A stretch of DNA of 64,000 bases, from contig JBHPFU010000002.1 in assembly GCA_042571125.1 (NCBI GenBank), forward strand, positions 109,878 to 173,877, in the 5' to 3' direction. This DNA comes from Nanobdellota archaeon. GTDB lineage: Archaea > Nanobdellota > Nanobdellia > Woesearchaeales > UBA10107. Of this stretch, positions 38,437 to 48,026 are shown piece by piece. A program made the translations under genes and the position numbers. How positions within the stretch are numbered: the first letter of the stretch is position 1; each line of letters opens with the position of its first letter. Below the pieces are notes generated by a model. The model saw nothing but the letters and a program-made list of their open reading frames with translations, was not told the origin of the DNA and ran no database searches.

Positions 38437-38904
38437 TTATTCGAAGTGGATACTGAATATGTAGTCATCTACTCCTTTATAGAAATGATCTTTAAGGGTA
38501 GCTTCGTGTATAAGTCCTAACTCCTTGTAAAATTTATGCAATGCCTTATTATCCGAATGCACATAAAGGTATATTTTTCTTAGGTGTAATTTCTTATTCT
38601 TATATTCTTTATCAAGGGCCTGTACTGCTCTTTGAAACATCTCTTCTCTTATCTCTTCAAATCCTGGAAGAACATGGAATCTCATAATCTTACCCAGCCT
38701 GTGTTTAGGAAGCCCGATCCTTCTCCAAACAATGATGCCTACAATCTTACCTTCTTCTTCTGCAACAAGGTAGTTGTGGGCGGTTTTACTCTCTTCTTTG
38801 AATACAAAAATACCTTCGGCTACATTGCTTATTCTAAATCCTGCTTTTAGAATCTCAGCTATTTGTTTTGCATCCGTAAGTTTGGATTTTCTGAATTTAA
38901 CCAT
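38437..38904 (-). CDS. GNAT-family acetyltransferase
   Basis: LVAEE.GKIVG, V...N......FY..LG, L..HFY.G.D. Confidence 0.8.
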   Translation of the reverse strand: MVKFRKSKLTDAKQIAEILKAGFRISNVAEGIFVFKEESKTAHNYLVAEEEGKIVGIIVWRRIGLPKHRLGKIMRFHVLPGFEEIREEMFQRAVQALDKEYKNKKLHLRKIYLYVHSDNKALHKFYKELGLIHEATLKDHFYKGVDDYIFSIHFE

Positions 38905-38967
38905 GTTTCCACCCTATTCTAAAAAGAGAGCACAAAGTATTTAAATATTACTCTTTTTGATATATTC

Positions 38968-40041
38968 ATGGGGTTATTTAAAGATATGCTAAAGAGTGAT
39001 GAGACTCTTTTTAGGAACTCTATTGCTCTTGATTATGATTATATCCCCAAATTAATACCTTATAGAGAGGTTCAGCAAAAACATATTGCTACATGCATAA
39101 AACCTTTATTTCAGGAGAGAAATGGTCGCAATTTGTTTATCTATGGGCAGCCAGGGATTGGTAAAACCGTTGCTTGTAAACACGTTCTAAAGGAAATTGA
39201 AGAAGAATATGAGGAGGTTACTCCAGTTTATATCAATTGCTGGCAAAAGAACACAACATACAAGGTTTTGATGGAGATTTGTGATATTCTTGGCTATGCG
39301 TTTACTCAAAACAAAAAATCTGATGAATTGTTTAAAGTTATTAAAGAGATTTTGAATAAATCCTCTGTTGTTCTAGTCTTTGATGAAATTGACAAGGCAG
39401 ACGATTATGATTTTATCTATTTCTTTTTAGAAGAGATATACAGAAAGGCTGTTTTTTTGATTACAAACTACAAAGAATGGATAATTAACTTAGATGAAAG
39501 ATTAAAATCAAGACTAACCGCAGAGATGATGGAGTTTAAACCATACAATCTTGCAGAAACAAAAGGAATCTTAAAAGAAAGAGTTGGTTCTGCATTTGTA
39601 CCAAATGTTTTAGCTGAAAAGGCATTTGATACAGTTGTTAACAAAACTGCGGAATTAGAAGACATAAGATCTGGATTGTACATTATGAAAGAAGCTGCCA
39701 ACTTAGCAGAAGATGAAAGTTCTAAGAAAATAACTGAAAAACATGTTGAAGGGGCAATCCAAAAGTTAAAAGAGTTCACAATCAAAAAAACATCAGACAT
39801 AGATGAAGAGATGCAGTCGATATTAGATATTGTCAAATTCAATTCTGGAAAAAAAGCAGGAGACTTATTCAAAGTTTATCAAGAACAAGGGGGCAAATCA
39901 GTTTACAAAACATTCAAAAGAAAATTAGATAAACTAGAGAAAGGAAAATTTATTGTTCAAGAGAAAACAGAAGGCGGTTCTGAAGGAAACATTACTATTG
40001 TTAAATTAGCAGCTGAAGAAAAGAAGCTTACTGAGTTTTAA
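38968..40041 (+). CDS. cdc6: Orc1/Cdc6 family AAA+ ATPase
   Basis: Y.P.LIPYRE, NLFIYG.PG.GKT, YINCW, VFDEID, LD.R..SRL, F.PY, DIR. Confidence 0.9.
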   Translation: MGLFKDMLKSDETLFRNSIALDYDYIPKLIPYREVQQKHIATCIKPLFQERNGRNLFIYGQPGIGKTVACKHVLKEIEEEYEEVTPVYINCWQKNTTYKVLMEICDILGYAFTQNKKSDELFKVIKEILNKSSVVLVFDEIDKADDYDFIYFFLEEIYRKAVFLITNYKEWIINLDERLKSRLTAEMMEFKPYNLAETKGILKERVGSAFVPNVLAEKAFDTVVNKTAELEDIRSGLYIMKEAANLAEDESSKKITEKHVEGAIQKLKEFTIKKTSDIDEEMQSILDIVKFNSGKKAGDLFKVYQEQGGKSVYKTFKRKLDKLEKGKFIVQEKTEGGSEGNITIVKLAAEEKKLTEF

Positions 40042-40304
40042 TATTTTATTTCAAAGCTAGAAAAATCCTGGTCTTCTACTTTTTTTGTTTCTATTTTATC
40101 AACTCTTGCAATCAAAGGTCCTTTCTTGCATTTCTTAAGCAGTTCGTCTAGGGCTTCTTTCTGTCCTTGAACAATAACTTCTACTGTCCCGTCTTCTAGG
40201 TTTCTAACAAGACCTCTTAATCCGAGTTCATTTGCTCTACTTCTAATAAATGTTCTAAAGAAAACTCCCTGAACATTGCCAGTTATTATTATGCGTAAGG
40301 CCAT
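40038..40304 (-). CDS. acyP: Acylphosphatase
   Basis: G.VQGV.FR, G.VRN..DG.VE, GP..ARV. Confidence 0.93.
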   Translation of the reverse strand: MALRIIITGNVQGVFFRTFIRSRANELGLRGLVRNLEDGTVEVIVQGQKEALDELLKKCKKGPLIARVDKIETKKVEDQDFSSFEIKY

Positions 40305-40418
40305 TAGAACTAATAATCTTTTTTATTTTATATAACATTCGGTAAAATCCCTTGCCACTGGACACAGGACAGGTTCACGACGAGTCTATATAAGTAACTT
40401 CTGACATACTTTATTACA

Positions 40419-40467
40419 TGATTATGGCAGGCGAATTCACCGCCGAAAGGCGGAGTTCTGCCAATCA
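40419..40467 (+). other. GC-rich GAAA-tetraloop hairpin forming a putative 5' leader or small RNA
   Basis: tggca/tgcca, gaattc/gagttc, cgcc-GAAA-ggcg; ctatataag box at ~40386. Confidence 0.45.
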
Positions 40468-40483
40468 AAAAGAGGTGATTAAA

Positions 40484-40612
40484 ATGAACGGAAACGATAC
40501 AAGCTTAGAAACAATAAAGTTCCTTTTTTTCAGGCAGATAAGAGATATGACAATGAAAACTAATGGGATTGAAACATTTGATGTTCAATTCAGCGATAGA
40601 TGGTTAAGATGA
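40484..40612 (+). CDS. Small hypothetical protein (42 aa)
   Basis: Strong GAGGTGAT SD before ATG 40484. Confidence 0.5.
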   Translation: MNGNDTSLETIKFLFFRQIRDMTMKTNGIETFDVQFSDRWLR

Positions 40613-40725
40613 AGCCAATCCAAAATCTGCTTGCAGAATACGAAGAAATACTTAATTTTCATATTGGCACGGATACGATTTTGTTGGGGAATACCACTCT
40701 AGGCCATATCAGCTGCCCTCACTAA
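40609..40725 (+). CDS. Small hypothetical protein (38 aa, not in ORF track)
   Basis: ATGA overlap with previous ORF; MKPIQNLLAEYEEILNF...ISCPH; followed by tccccc/ggggga hairpin. Confidence 0.35.
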   Translation: MKPIQNLLAEYEEILNFHIGTDTILLGNTTLGHISCPH

Positions 40726-40796
40726 TTCTTAAACGCACCGCTCCCCCTTATTGGCCGGGGGGAAACCTTTTTAAACCACCAAAATCTCTAATATAT

Positions 40797-41366
40797 ATGA
40801 GAACATTAACTATAGACGAATTCAAGCTTCACAAGGGAAATGTCGCTAAATATGTTGAAGATGGCGCTATTTTCATATATCCTACAGATACTATTTACGG
40901 AATCGGCTGCAATGCAGTAGACGAACATGCAGTTGGCGTTCTAAGAAGCATAAAGTACAGATATAAGAGACCATTCTCAGTAATTGCACCAAACAAAGAC
41001 TGGATTAGAAACAATTGCGACGTAACTGAAGAAGGAGAAGAATGGCTTGAAAAATTACCTGGGCCATACACATTAATTCTTAAACTAAAAGATAAGACTT
41101 GTGTTGCACCCGGTGTTTGCCAAGGTGTTGATACCTTGGGTGTGAGAATACCTGATCACTGGATAAGCGAGTTAGTCTCAAACATTGGAGTGCCGGTTGT
41201 AACAACGTCTGTTAACCTCACTGGAGAAGATTTTGCAAATTCTGTTGAATCAATAAGCCCGAAAATAAAAGGCAAGGTTGATTTTGCTATTGATGAAGGC
41301 GAAAAAACAGGCAGACCTTCAACTCTGGTTCATTTAGATAAAGGCGGCAGACTAGAGGAAAGATGA
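40797..41366 (+). CDS. tsaC: Threonylcarbamoyl-AMP synthase (TsaC/YrdC domain only)
   Basis: YPTDT.YG.GC, K.R..RP, PGPYTLIL, GVRIPD, TTS.N, PST. Confidence 0.88.
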   Translation: MRTLTIDEFKLHKGNVAKYVEDGAIFIYPTDTIYGIGCNAVDEHAVGVLRSIKYRYKRPFSVIAPNKDWIRNNCDVTEEGEEWLEKLPGPYTLILKLKDKTCVAPGVCQGVDTLGVRIPDHWISELVSNIGVPVVTTSVNLTGEDFANSVESISPKIKGKVDFAIDEGEKTGRPSTLVHLDKGGRLEER

Positions 41367-41965
41367 AAGTTCTAGCAGCAGGAGACATACACGGAGATAC
41401 TTCCTTAGCTCAATCTTTAGCAGACAAAGCTGAAAAAGAAAATGTTGATATTGTTATTCTTTGTGGCGATTTGACAATGGCTGAACAATCTACAGAAAAT
41501 ATTGTTGGTCCTTTTGTTAAAAAAAATAAAAAAGTTGTTCTAATCCCGGGAAATCATGAGACTATTGCAACTGCTGACTTCTTAGCAGAGCTATACGATG
41601 TTACAAACCTGCATGGTTATTCAATAAAATACAAAGATATTGGTTTTTTCGGTTGCGGAGGAGCAAATATCGGGATTCATCAGCTATCAGAAGATGAAAT
41701 ATTCAATACATTGAAAAAAGGGTTTGAAAATGTCAAAGATCTTAAAAAGAAAATAATGATAACTCATGTTCACCCTTCTGAGTCTGTTATGGAAAAATTC
41801 ACACAGATTTTCCCAGGATCAAAAGGATTAAAGAAAGCGGTTGATGAATTCAAACCTGATTTCTTACTTTGCAGCCATGTTCATGAGGCTGAAGGTATTG
41901 AAGAAATGCTTGGAGATACAAAAGTAATCAATGTTGGTAAAGAAGGGAAGATACTTAACCTATAA
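41363..41965 (+). CDS. Calcineurin-like metallophosphoesterase
   Basis: D.HG, CGDL, PGNHE, TH, SHVHE. Confidence 0.88.
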   Translation: MKVLAAGDIHGDTSLAQSLADKAEKENVDIVILCGDLTMAEQSTENIVGPFVKKNKKVVLIPGNHETIATADFLAELYDVTNLHGYSIKYKDIGFFGCGGANIGIHQLSEDEIFNTLKKGFENVKDLKKKIMITHVHPSESVMEKFTQIFPGSKGLKKAVDEFKPDFLLCSHVHEAEGIEEMLGDTKVINVGKEGKILNL

Positions 41966-42506
41966 CTTCTTCAACTAATTTCTTTATTTTAGAATTTTTA
42001 ATTTGTATTTCTTTAACCATTCCTTTTGCTTTATCAGACATTCTTTCATACATGAACTTAATTTTTTTTATTGTATTTTCTGGACCATTTAATTTATAAT
42101 AAAATTCTAGATTATTCTCAAAGAAAGATAAGCTATCTGCATCCATTATATAATCTGAATCTTCATCTCCTCCGAATTCATGAGCAAGAACGATACGTTC
42201 TACTTTTTTAATCGAATAATCATCAAAATCGTGTTTCTTCATCAAATCTACAATAATTTTGGCACTTTTTTCTGAATGTTCTTTCTTATATTCATCATAA
42301 TTATCGAATTTTTCTACTATTTTTTTTCCCTGGAATCCTCTTTCTATATCGTGTGCCAAAGCTGCAATTTGTAATGGGATGTCTGCCCAGGGTTTTAATT
42401 TAAAAAGCCATTTTTTAGTTGTTTCGGAATGGATTGGATCTACTTCTACGGGTGAATGCGAGATTATTTCTTCTATTTCCTTTACTAATTGTTTAAAATC
42501 TCCCAT
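41955..42506 (-). CDS. HD-domain protein (DUF4202-like)
   Basis: H...T..W, AAL.HDIER, H...SA, HE.GG, DADSLSFF. Confidence 0.78.
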   Translation of the reverse strand: MGDFKQLVKEIEEIISHSPVEVDPIHSETTKKWLFKLKPWADIPLQIAALAHDIERGFQGKKIVEKFDNYDEYKKEHSEKSAKIIVDLMKKHDFDDYSIKKVERIVLAHEFGGDEDSDYIMDADSLSFFENNLEFYYKLNGPENTIKKIKFMYERMSDKAKGMVKEIQIKNSKIKKLVEEVIG

Positions 42507-42507
42507 T

Positions 42508-43929
42508 TTAACCTTTAATTACTCCCAAAGGCTTTAATCTAACAACTAGATTTCCAATTCCTGCTTTGTGAGAAACATTAACAACTTCATCTATATCTTT
42601 GTAAGCAAGAGGAGCTTCTTCTGCAACACCTTTCCATGATGTTTGTTTAAGATGTATTCCTTTCGATAATAAATCCTGCTTAACCTTCTCTCCTCTAAAC
42701 TGATCTATTGCTGCATGTCTTGACATTGTTCGTCCAGCACCGTGCGCTGTTGAACCAAATGTTTCCTGCATACCTTTCTCAGTTCCAACCAGAACATAAG
42801 AAGCAGTACCCATCGAACCAGGAATGATTATCGGCTGTCCTACTTCACGATAAGCTTCAGGAACTTCCTTACGACCAGGACCAAAAGCACGAGTAGCACC
42901 TTTTCTATGCATGTAAACTTTTATTTTCTTGCCTTCAAACTCATGTTCTTCTATCTTAGCGATATTGTGAGCAACATCATATACTGTTTTAATTTCATCC
43001 TTGCCAAACACTTCTTTGTACGCTAATCTGACTTGATGAGCAATAACGTGTCTGTTGCACCATGCAAAATTAGCTGCTGCAGCCATTGCACCATAATACC
43101 TCTTACAAATATTAGATCCGGCAGGAGCATAAATTAATTCACGATCTGGCAATCCAGCAACAAGATCTGGATACTCCTTTTCCATCTCTCTTAGATAATC
43201 CGAGCAAACCTGATGTCCTAATCCACGAGAACCGCAATGTATCATGATAACAATCTGTCCTTTCTTCTCTATTCCGAATACTTTTGCAGTTTCTTCATCA
43301 TAAATTTCATCAACATACTGCATTTCCAGGAAATGATTCCCAGAACCAAGTGTTGCAATTTGTTTTTTCCCTCTTTTCTTTGCTTGATCGGAGACAGCAG
43401 ATGAATCTGCACCAGGCATTGAGCCATATTCTTCACAATGATCCAAGTCTTCTTTTGTTCCATACCCATTTTCAACGGCCCACTTAGCGCCAGTATTCAG
43501 AATCTTGTCTAATTCTACAAGATCAACAGTAATATTACTAGACCCAAGGCCTGCTGGAACATTTTTGTACAGGGCATCAAGAAACAAGTCTATTTTTTCT
43601 TCTGCCTCATCTTTAATTAAGTTTGTGCTTAACAAACGAACTCCGCAGTTAATATCATAACCGATCCCGCCTGGTGAAATCCCACCAGTTTCAAAATCTA
43701 ATGCTGCAACACCGCCAATCGGAAAACCATACCCTTGGTGACCGTCAGGCATTACCATTGCTTTATAGATACCAGGAAGATGCGCAAAGTTCTGAGCTTG
43801 CAGCAAAGTCTTATCTTTTTTCATTATCTCCAGCAATTTCTCAGAAGCATAGACTATTGTAGGTACTTTCATCCCCCCGGTCTTAGGAATTTCCCATTTG
43901 AAATCATTTATTTTTTTTAATTCTGTCAT
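42508..43929 (-). CDS. rtcB: tRNA-splicing/RNA ligase RtcB
   Basis: MPD.H.GYGFPIGG, GYDINCGVR, TLGSGNHFLE, HCGSRGLGH, HN.A, HRKGATR, HGAGR, EEAP.AYK. Confidence 0.96.
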   Translation of the reverse strand: MTELKKINDFKWEIPKTGGMKVPTIVYASEKLLEIMKKDKTLLQAQNFAHLPGIYKAMVMPDGHQGYGFPIGGVAALDFETGGISPGGIGYDINCGVRLLSTNLIKDEAEEKIDLFLDALYKNVPAGLGSSNITVDLVELDKILNTGAKWAVENGYGTKEDLDHCEEYGSMPGADSSAVSDQAKKRGKKQIATLGSGNHFLEMQYVDEIYDEETAKVFGIEKKGQIVIMIHCGSRGLGHQVCSDYLREMEKEYPDLVAGLPDRELIYAPAGSNICKRYYGAMAAAANFAWCNRHVIAHQVRLAYKEVFGKDEIKTVYDVAHNIAKIEEHEFEGKKIKVYMHRKGATRAFGPGRKEVPEAYREVGQPIIIPGSMGTASYVLVGTEKGMQETFGSTAHGAGRTMSRHAAIDQFRGEKVKQDLLSKGIHLKQTSWKGVAEEAPLAYKDIDEVVNVSHKAGIGNLVVRLKPLGVIKG

Positions 43930-44345
43930 ATATCCACCACGACTTGGATTGTAACTCCCGCATCTTCTTCTTTAATAAACATTTCGCTGTACGTAACTGC
44001 TTTAATATCGGTATTAATTGGGTAGCTAGTAATATTATCAGCGCCAACAACAACTGCAGTTAGTTTATATTTTTTATTTTTTTCAATTTTGATAGAATCC
44101 ACAGCATGCAATAAGAAAGGAACTGAATCCAACAATATTAATAATTCTGACAGAAAATCATAAAGCAGAGCCTCTTTATTTTCAGATTCAACAACTATTT
44201 TTTTTGTTATAGAAGTCATAACATCCTCTGTATCTGTAATCACATTAAACATAGCAAGAGCAGCATTAGAAAATGCTTCTTCGAGTGTTTTTCCAAATGC
44301 CTGAAATTTTGCATCCGCGGTGTGCTCTAAAAATTTGAATTTCAT
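43926..44345 (-). CDS. Archease
   Basis: EHTAD, IKAVTY, terminal VDI; adjacent to rtcB. Confidence 0.93.
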   Translation of the reverse strand: MKFKFLEHTADAKFQAFGKTLEEAFSNAALAMFNVITDTEDVMTSITKKIVVESENKEALLYDFLSELLILLDSVPFLLHAVDSIKIEKNKKYKLTAVVVGADNITSYPINTDIKAVTYSEMFIKEEDAGVTIQVVVDI

Positions 44346-44350
44346 GAGAA

Positions 44351-44653
44351 TTAATAAGGTCGCAACGAATCTATGAGATCTCCTTTGTTCTCCTCTTCTT
44401 TACTCTCTTCTGTTGAGGTCGTTGGAGCATCAAACATATTAAACAATCCGCCGGATGATTCTGAGCTTGAAGGCTCTGAATAACTGGATGGTGCGGAGTA
44501 AGGCTCGGATGATCCTACTGTTGGTGAATTATCATCAAATATATTCCCTGAGTTGAAGTTAGCTCTTGGGCTTTCATTGGCTATAGCCCTCAACATCTCC
44601 AGAAGGTGCTTTATCTCGTGCTTATCATCTCTTGTGTCTATCGTTATTTTCAT
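44351..44653 (-). CDS. Hypothetical protein with low-complexity Ser/Glu region
   Basis: 100-aa ORF co-directional with archease. Confidence 0.65.
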   Translation of the reverse strand: MKITIDTRDDKHEIKHLLEMLRAIANESPRANFNSGNIFDDNSPTVGSSEPYSAPSSYSEPSSSESSGGLFNMFDAPTTSTEESKEEENKGDLIDSLRPY

Positions 44654-44689
44654 ATATTAATCAAAAGAGAACTAATATTTAAATTTTCC

Positions 44690-45481
44690 CTATAAAAACA
44701 TCTTCTGATAGTTCATATATATATTTTTCTCAACTTCTGCTTCGTCCATTCCTTTTATCCTTGCTATCTGCTTTATTGTCTCTCTTACAAAAGCTGGCTC
44801 ATTTCTTTGCTCTGGGAAAGGAGATAAGTAAGGGGCATCTGTCTCTGTCAACAACTGATTAATATTCACTAATTCTGTCATGAGCTGGAAATGTTGAAGC
44901 CGATTAATAATCGGAGGGATAGAAAAGGACCATCCGTTATCAGCAGCTCTTTTTATAACGTGTTTTCTTCCGTTAAAGCAGTGTAAAACTACTTTTTTTA
45001 ATTTGGAAGACTCTAACATCTCAACAGCATCAACTTCTGCTTTTCTTGAATGAATAATAATCGGTTTTTTTATTTTTTCAACAAAATCAATAACTTTTTG
45101 GAATGTTTCTTTTTGTTCTTTCTCTCTTCCTTTCACCCATTTGTAATCAAGGCCACACTCACCTATTGCAACACATTTGTCTTTATTCTCTTTTATCCAT
45201 TTTAGCTCATCTTCAACATCAAGAACTTCAACATCTCTCACAAATCCGTCCGATTCTCTTGTTTCCATCTCTGCAGCAAGAGCATCAATAGGGTAAAGAC
45301 CAAAACTACAGCTCACAATATCATATTTTTTAGCAATATCAAGAACAATTCTGTTTGTGGAAGAATTAACGCCAGATGTAATTATAGATTTAACTCCTGC
45401 GTCTTTAGCTCGCTCAATAACTTCATTCAAGTCGTCTTTAAATTTTGCATGATCTAGGTGTGCGTGTATATCAACTAACAT
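44690..45481 (-). CDS. tatD: TatD-family nuclease
   Basis: D.HAHLD, AIGECGLD, IHSR.AE, HCF, ETDAPY, RNEP. Confidence 0.92.
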   Translation of the reverse strand: MLVDIHAHLDHAKFKDDLNEVIERAKDAGVKSIITSGVNSSTNRIVLDIAKKYDIVSCSFGLYPIDALAAEMETRESDGFVRDVEVLDVEDELKWIKENKDKCVAIGECGLDYKWVKGREKEQKETFQKVIDFVEKIKKPIIIHSRKAEVDAVEMLESSKLKKVVLHCFNGRKHVIKRAADNGWSFSIPPIINRLQHFQLMTELVNINQLLTETDAPYLSPFPEQRNEPAFVRETIKQIARIKGMDEAEVEKNIYMNYQKMFL

Positions 45482-46476
45482 TTTATCAAATTATAATCTG
45501 TAGAACCAAGTCCAAGACGTTCTCCTTCTTTTATCTGGTGCATTGGAGATTTATTATTGTGTTTTTCGAACACATCTTCTCCTTCTTTTTCAACAACTAA
45601 GTCGAATGATGCTTTGTCAGCAGCAATAATGTCATCACTAAAAACAACCCCCACATCTTTTGCTATTATTTCGCTAGGATGCCCAAAGCAATCACAAAGT
45701 TTTGCTACTTCATTTATTATGTTAACAAAATATGATTTTTTAACCGCTTTTAGAACAGCCTGTGCTGCCTCAGCAAGAAGAGTATCAAAAAACGCATTTC
45801 TTGGAGATAATGCATCGTAAGGACAAACATATTGACAGATACTGCATCCAAAACATTTTTTATAGTCAAAAACTGATTTCTCGTTCTCTAATTTAATGGC
45901 TTTTGCAGGACATTTCTCAACACAGGTTCCGCAACCAGTACATTTATCTATGTCTAGATTCGGCTTTGAACCTTCGTGCTGATCTTTTTTAGATTGTTTT
46001 GTAACTCCTCCCATTCCAAGATTCTTAATTGCAGCTCCAAATCCTCCGCAAGGATGCCCCTTTACATGGCTCATTACAAGCATTCCGTCTGCTTCTGCCA
46101 AAGGTTTGCAAACCTGAACTGTTAAGTGGTCTGTTTTGATGGGAGTGAATTCATTTGACACAACAATAGGGCAGCCCATAGCTTCCTCTGTGTACCCGTG
46201 TTCGCCAACTGCTTTGATATGCGTATCTACTTCTGCTCTTGGACTGTTATAATTAACTAACGAATCAAATAAGAATGGTTTTACTCCTAATCTTTTCAAT
46301 AGGTCAACAACTTTTTTTGTATATTCTGGAGAAATATAATGAGGATTTCCTGGCTCACCAAAATGAATCTTAATTGCTATCTTTTCTCCTTCAGAAAAGA
46401 CACCTTTGATTAAGGGCTCTAAGCATTTATCAAGCTCGTCCATCCTGCCAATGTCAAGGAAATTTACATCTGACAT
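45475..46476 (-). CDS. DUF362 Fe-S protein with 2x[4Fe-4S] ferredoxin insert
   Basis: K.HFGE.GN, SH.KGH...GFG.AIKNLGMG, CTGCGTC...CP, CFGCSIC...CP, CDC. Confidence 0.85.
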   Translation of the reverse strand: MSDVNFLDIGRMDELDKCLEPLIKGVFSEGEKIAIKIHFGEPGNPHYISPEYTKKVVDLLKRLGVKPFLFDSLVNYNSPRAEVDTHIKAVGEHGYTEEAMGCPIVVSNEFTPIKTDHLTVQVCKPLAEADGMLVMSHVKGHPCGGFGAAIKNLGMGGVTKQSKKDQHEGSKPNLDIDKCTGCGTCVEKCPAKAIKLENEKSVFDYKKCFGCSICQYVCPYDALSPRNAFFDTLLAEAAQAVLKAVKKSYFVNIINEVAKLCDCFGHPSEIIAKDVGVVFSDDIIAADKASFDLVVEKEGEDVFEKHNNKSPMHQIKEGERLGLGSTDYNLIKC

Positions 46477-46501
46477 AGAATCATTAAGAGAATAAGTATA
46501 T

Positions 46502-47416
46502 TTAAATTCTTTCTTTTATTGCTGCGACAATCAAAGGTAATGCTATGGTAATATCGCAGATAACATCAACAAACTTACCTTCAGACTCCATCTTGCCCCA
46601 AGAAATTCCTTCTTTTAGTTCTGCTCCTGAAGATCCTCCGGGTTCTGGTCTGTCCATTGTGATTTGAACACCGTATGATGCTCCTTTTGAGAATTGCATT
46701 GCCTGTTGAATATAATTTTTTGGAACTCCCCCTCCTAAATACACAACTCCTGTCTTTTTTGCATCCCATGCCAAAGAGATCATATCCTTCAGATCGTCAA
46801 ATGCTTTTGTCGCTACTTGTTTTCCTTTAGCAATCTGTCCCCACATCATCAAGCCAATGCCTGAATCTGCGATTCCTGGACAGAAAAGAGGAATTTTTTC
46901 CTGATAACAAATCCTCAAAATAGAATTTTCATCTTCAACTAAAGACCCAATCTTCCATAATAACTCATTTATCTTCTCAATATCTTTCAATTCATCAAAA
47001 TGTTTCTCAAAAAAGTCTTCTAGTTTTTCATAAACTTCGTTGGGCATAAAAGAATCATAGATTCTATCAATTCCTTTCTTATTAAGCTCTTCATCGGACA
47101 CATTATGCGATCCTTGGAAATGATTAAATCCTAATGCTTCAACTAAATCGTGAGTTAGGTTAGCACCAGTTGTAACAAACACATCAATATAATGATTTTT
47201 TAGCATATCTGTAACTATATTTTTCATTCCTCCAGGAACCATTGCTCCGGCTAATCCCAAGAATACTTTGCAATCTTTATCTTTGACCATATCTACTAGA
47301 ATTCCTGAAGCTTTTGCTATCCTCCCCGCACCCATCACTCCGGAAGAAGACATCTCATTGACTAGATCATTCGCCGACATTCCTTTTCTTAGGTCTATTT
47401 GTTTGACTTTTTTCAT
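46502..47416 (-). CDS. dys: Deoxyhypusine synthase
   Basis: GAMVPGG, TTGANL.HD, DSGIG, GGGVPKN, GG.SGA...E.ISWGK, D.TIALP. Confidence 0.92.
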   Translation of the reverse strand: MKKVKQIDLRKGMSANDLVNEMSSSGVMGAGRIAKASGILVDMVKDKDCKVFLGLAGAMVPGGMKNIVTDMLKNHYIDVFVTTGANLTHDLVEALGFNHFQGSHNVSDEELNKKGIDRIYDSFMPNEVYEKLEDFFEKHFDELKDIEKINELLWKIGSLVEDENSILRICYQEKIPLFCPGIADSGIGLMMWGQIAKGKQVATKAFDDLKDMISLAWDAKKTGVVYLGGGVPKNYIQQAMQFSKGASYGVQITMDRPEPGGSSGAELKEGISWGKMESEGKFVDVICDITIALPLIVAAIKERI

Positions 47417-47547
47417 ATTGCTTCCTAGAATAAGTTCATGATCCGTGTCTTCTAACAGAATCCATGGAAAGAAGCAATATAGTGCCCTATTTAAATTTAA
47501 CCAAAAGCTTTATAAATCAAATATATCTTCTTTGATTGGGTGGTCAC

Positions 47548-47955
47548 ATGGCTATAGTTGGATTTAATTTCAATAAAATAACCGCAGAAAAAAAGTCTGC
47601 AGTAAAAGGAAAGATTAAGATAAATAATAATGTTTCAATTAAAGATGTTTCTTCAATGGATTTCAGTATTGGATCCACAAAACAAAAAGGATTGAAATAC
47701 GGCTATGAATTCACAGCTAAATTCGAACCTAATCTGGGGAGCATAGTAATACAAGGAGATGTTCTTTCCCTAGAAGAAGCGTCCAAAGTTGATGAAATTC
47801 TTAAGCAATGGAAAAAGAGTAAGAAAGTAGGCAATGAATTTATGGTGCCAATAATGAATACTATTCTTTCAAAATGTAACATAAAAGCGTTAATTTTGAG
47901 CCAGGATTTAAATCTGCCAGCACCGCTACAGATGCCAAGAGTAAAAGCTAAATAG
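47548..47955 (+). CDS. Conserved archaeal hypothetical protein (possibly SecB-like fold)
   Basis: IVGFNF.KI..E, LNLPAP..MP end; GGTGGT SD. Confidence 0.6.
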   Translation: MAIVGFNFNKITAEKKSAVKGKIKINNNVSIKDVSSMDFSIGSTKQKGLKYGYEFTAKFEPNLGSIVIQGDVLSLEEASKVDEILKQWKKSKKVGNEFMVPIMNTILSKCNIKALILSQDLNLPAPLQMPRVKAK

Positions 47956-47983
47956 GCTTTTTAGGCTCTAGGAAGGGGCTTTC

Positions 47984-48025
47984 CGAAAGATTTATATACT
48001 GGATGTGTATACATTGAGTGTATAC
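47984..48025 (+). promoter_or_regulatory. BRE-TATA plus paired GTATAC palindromes (putative operator) of the regulator-cdc48 operon
   Basis: cgaaaga-tttatata at 47984-47998; GTATAC at 48007 and 48020. Confidence 0.5.
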
Positions 48026-48026
48026 T

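Noticed and set aside
40345..40372. ORB-like ccactggacacagg near cdc6 as a replication origin
   Set aside because: Single degenerate match, with no inverted partner or G-string and no clear unwinding element.
42508..43929. Inteins in RtcB (also checked Cdc6, Cdc48, ligase)
   Set aside because: Proteins have normal lengths and contiguous motifs.
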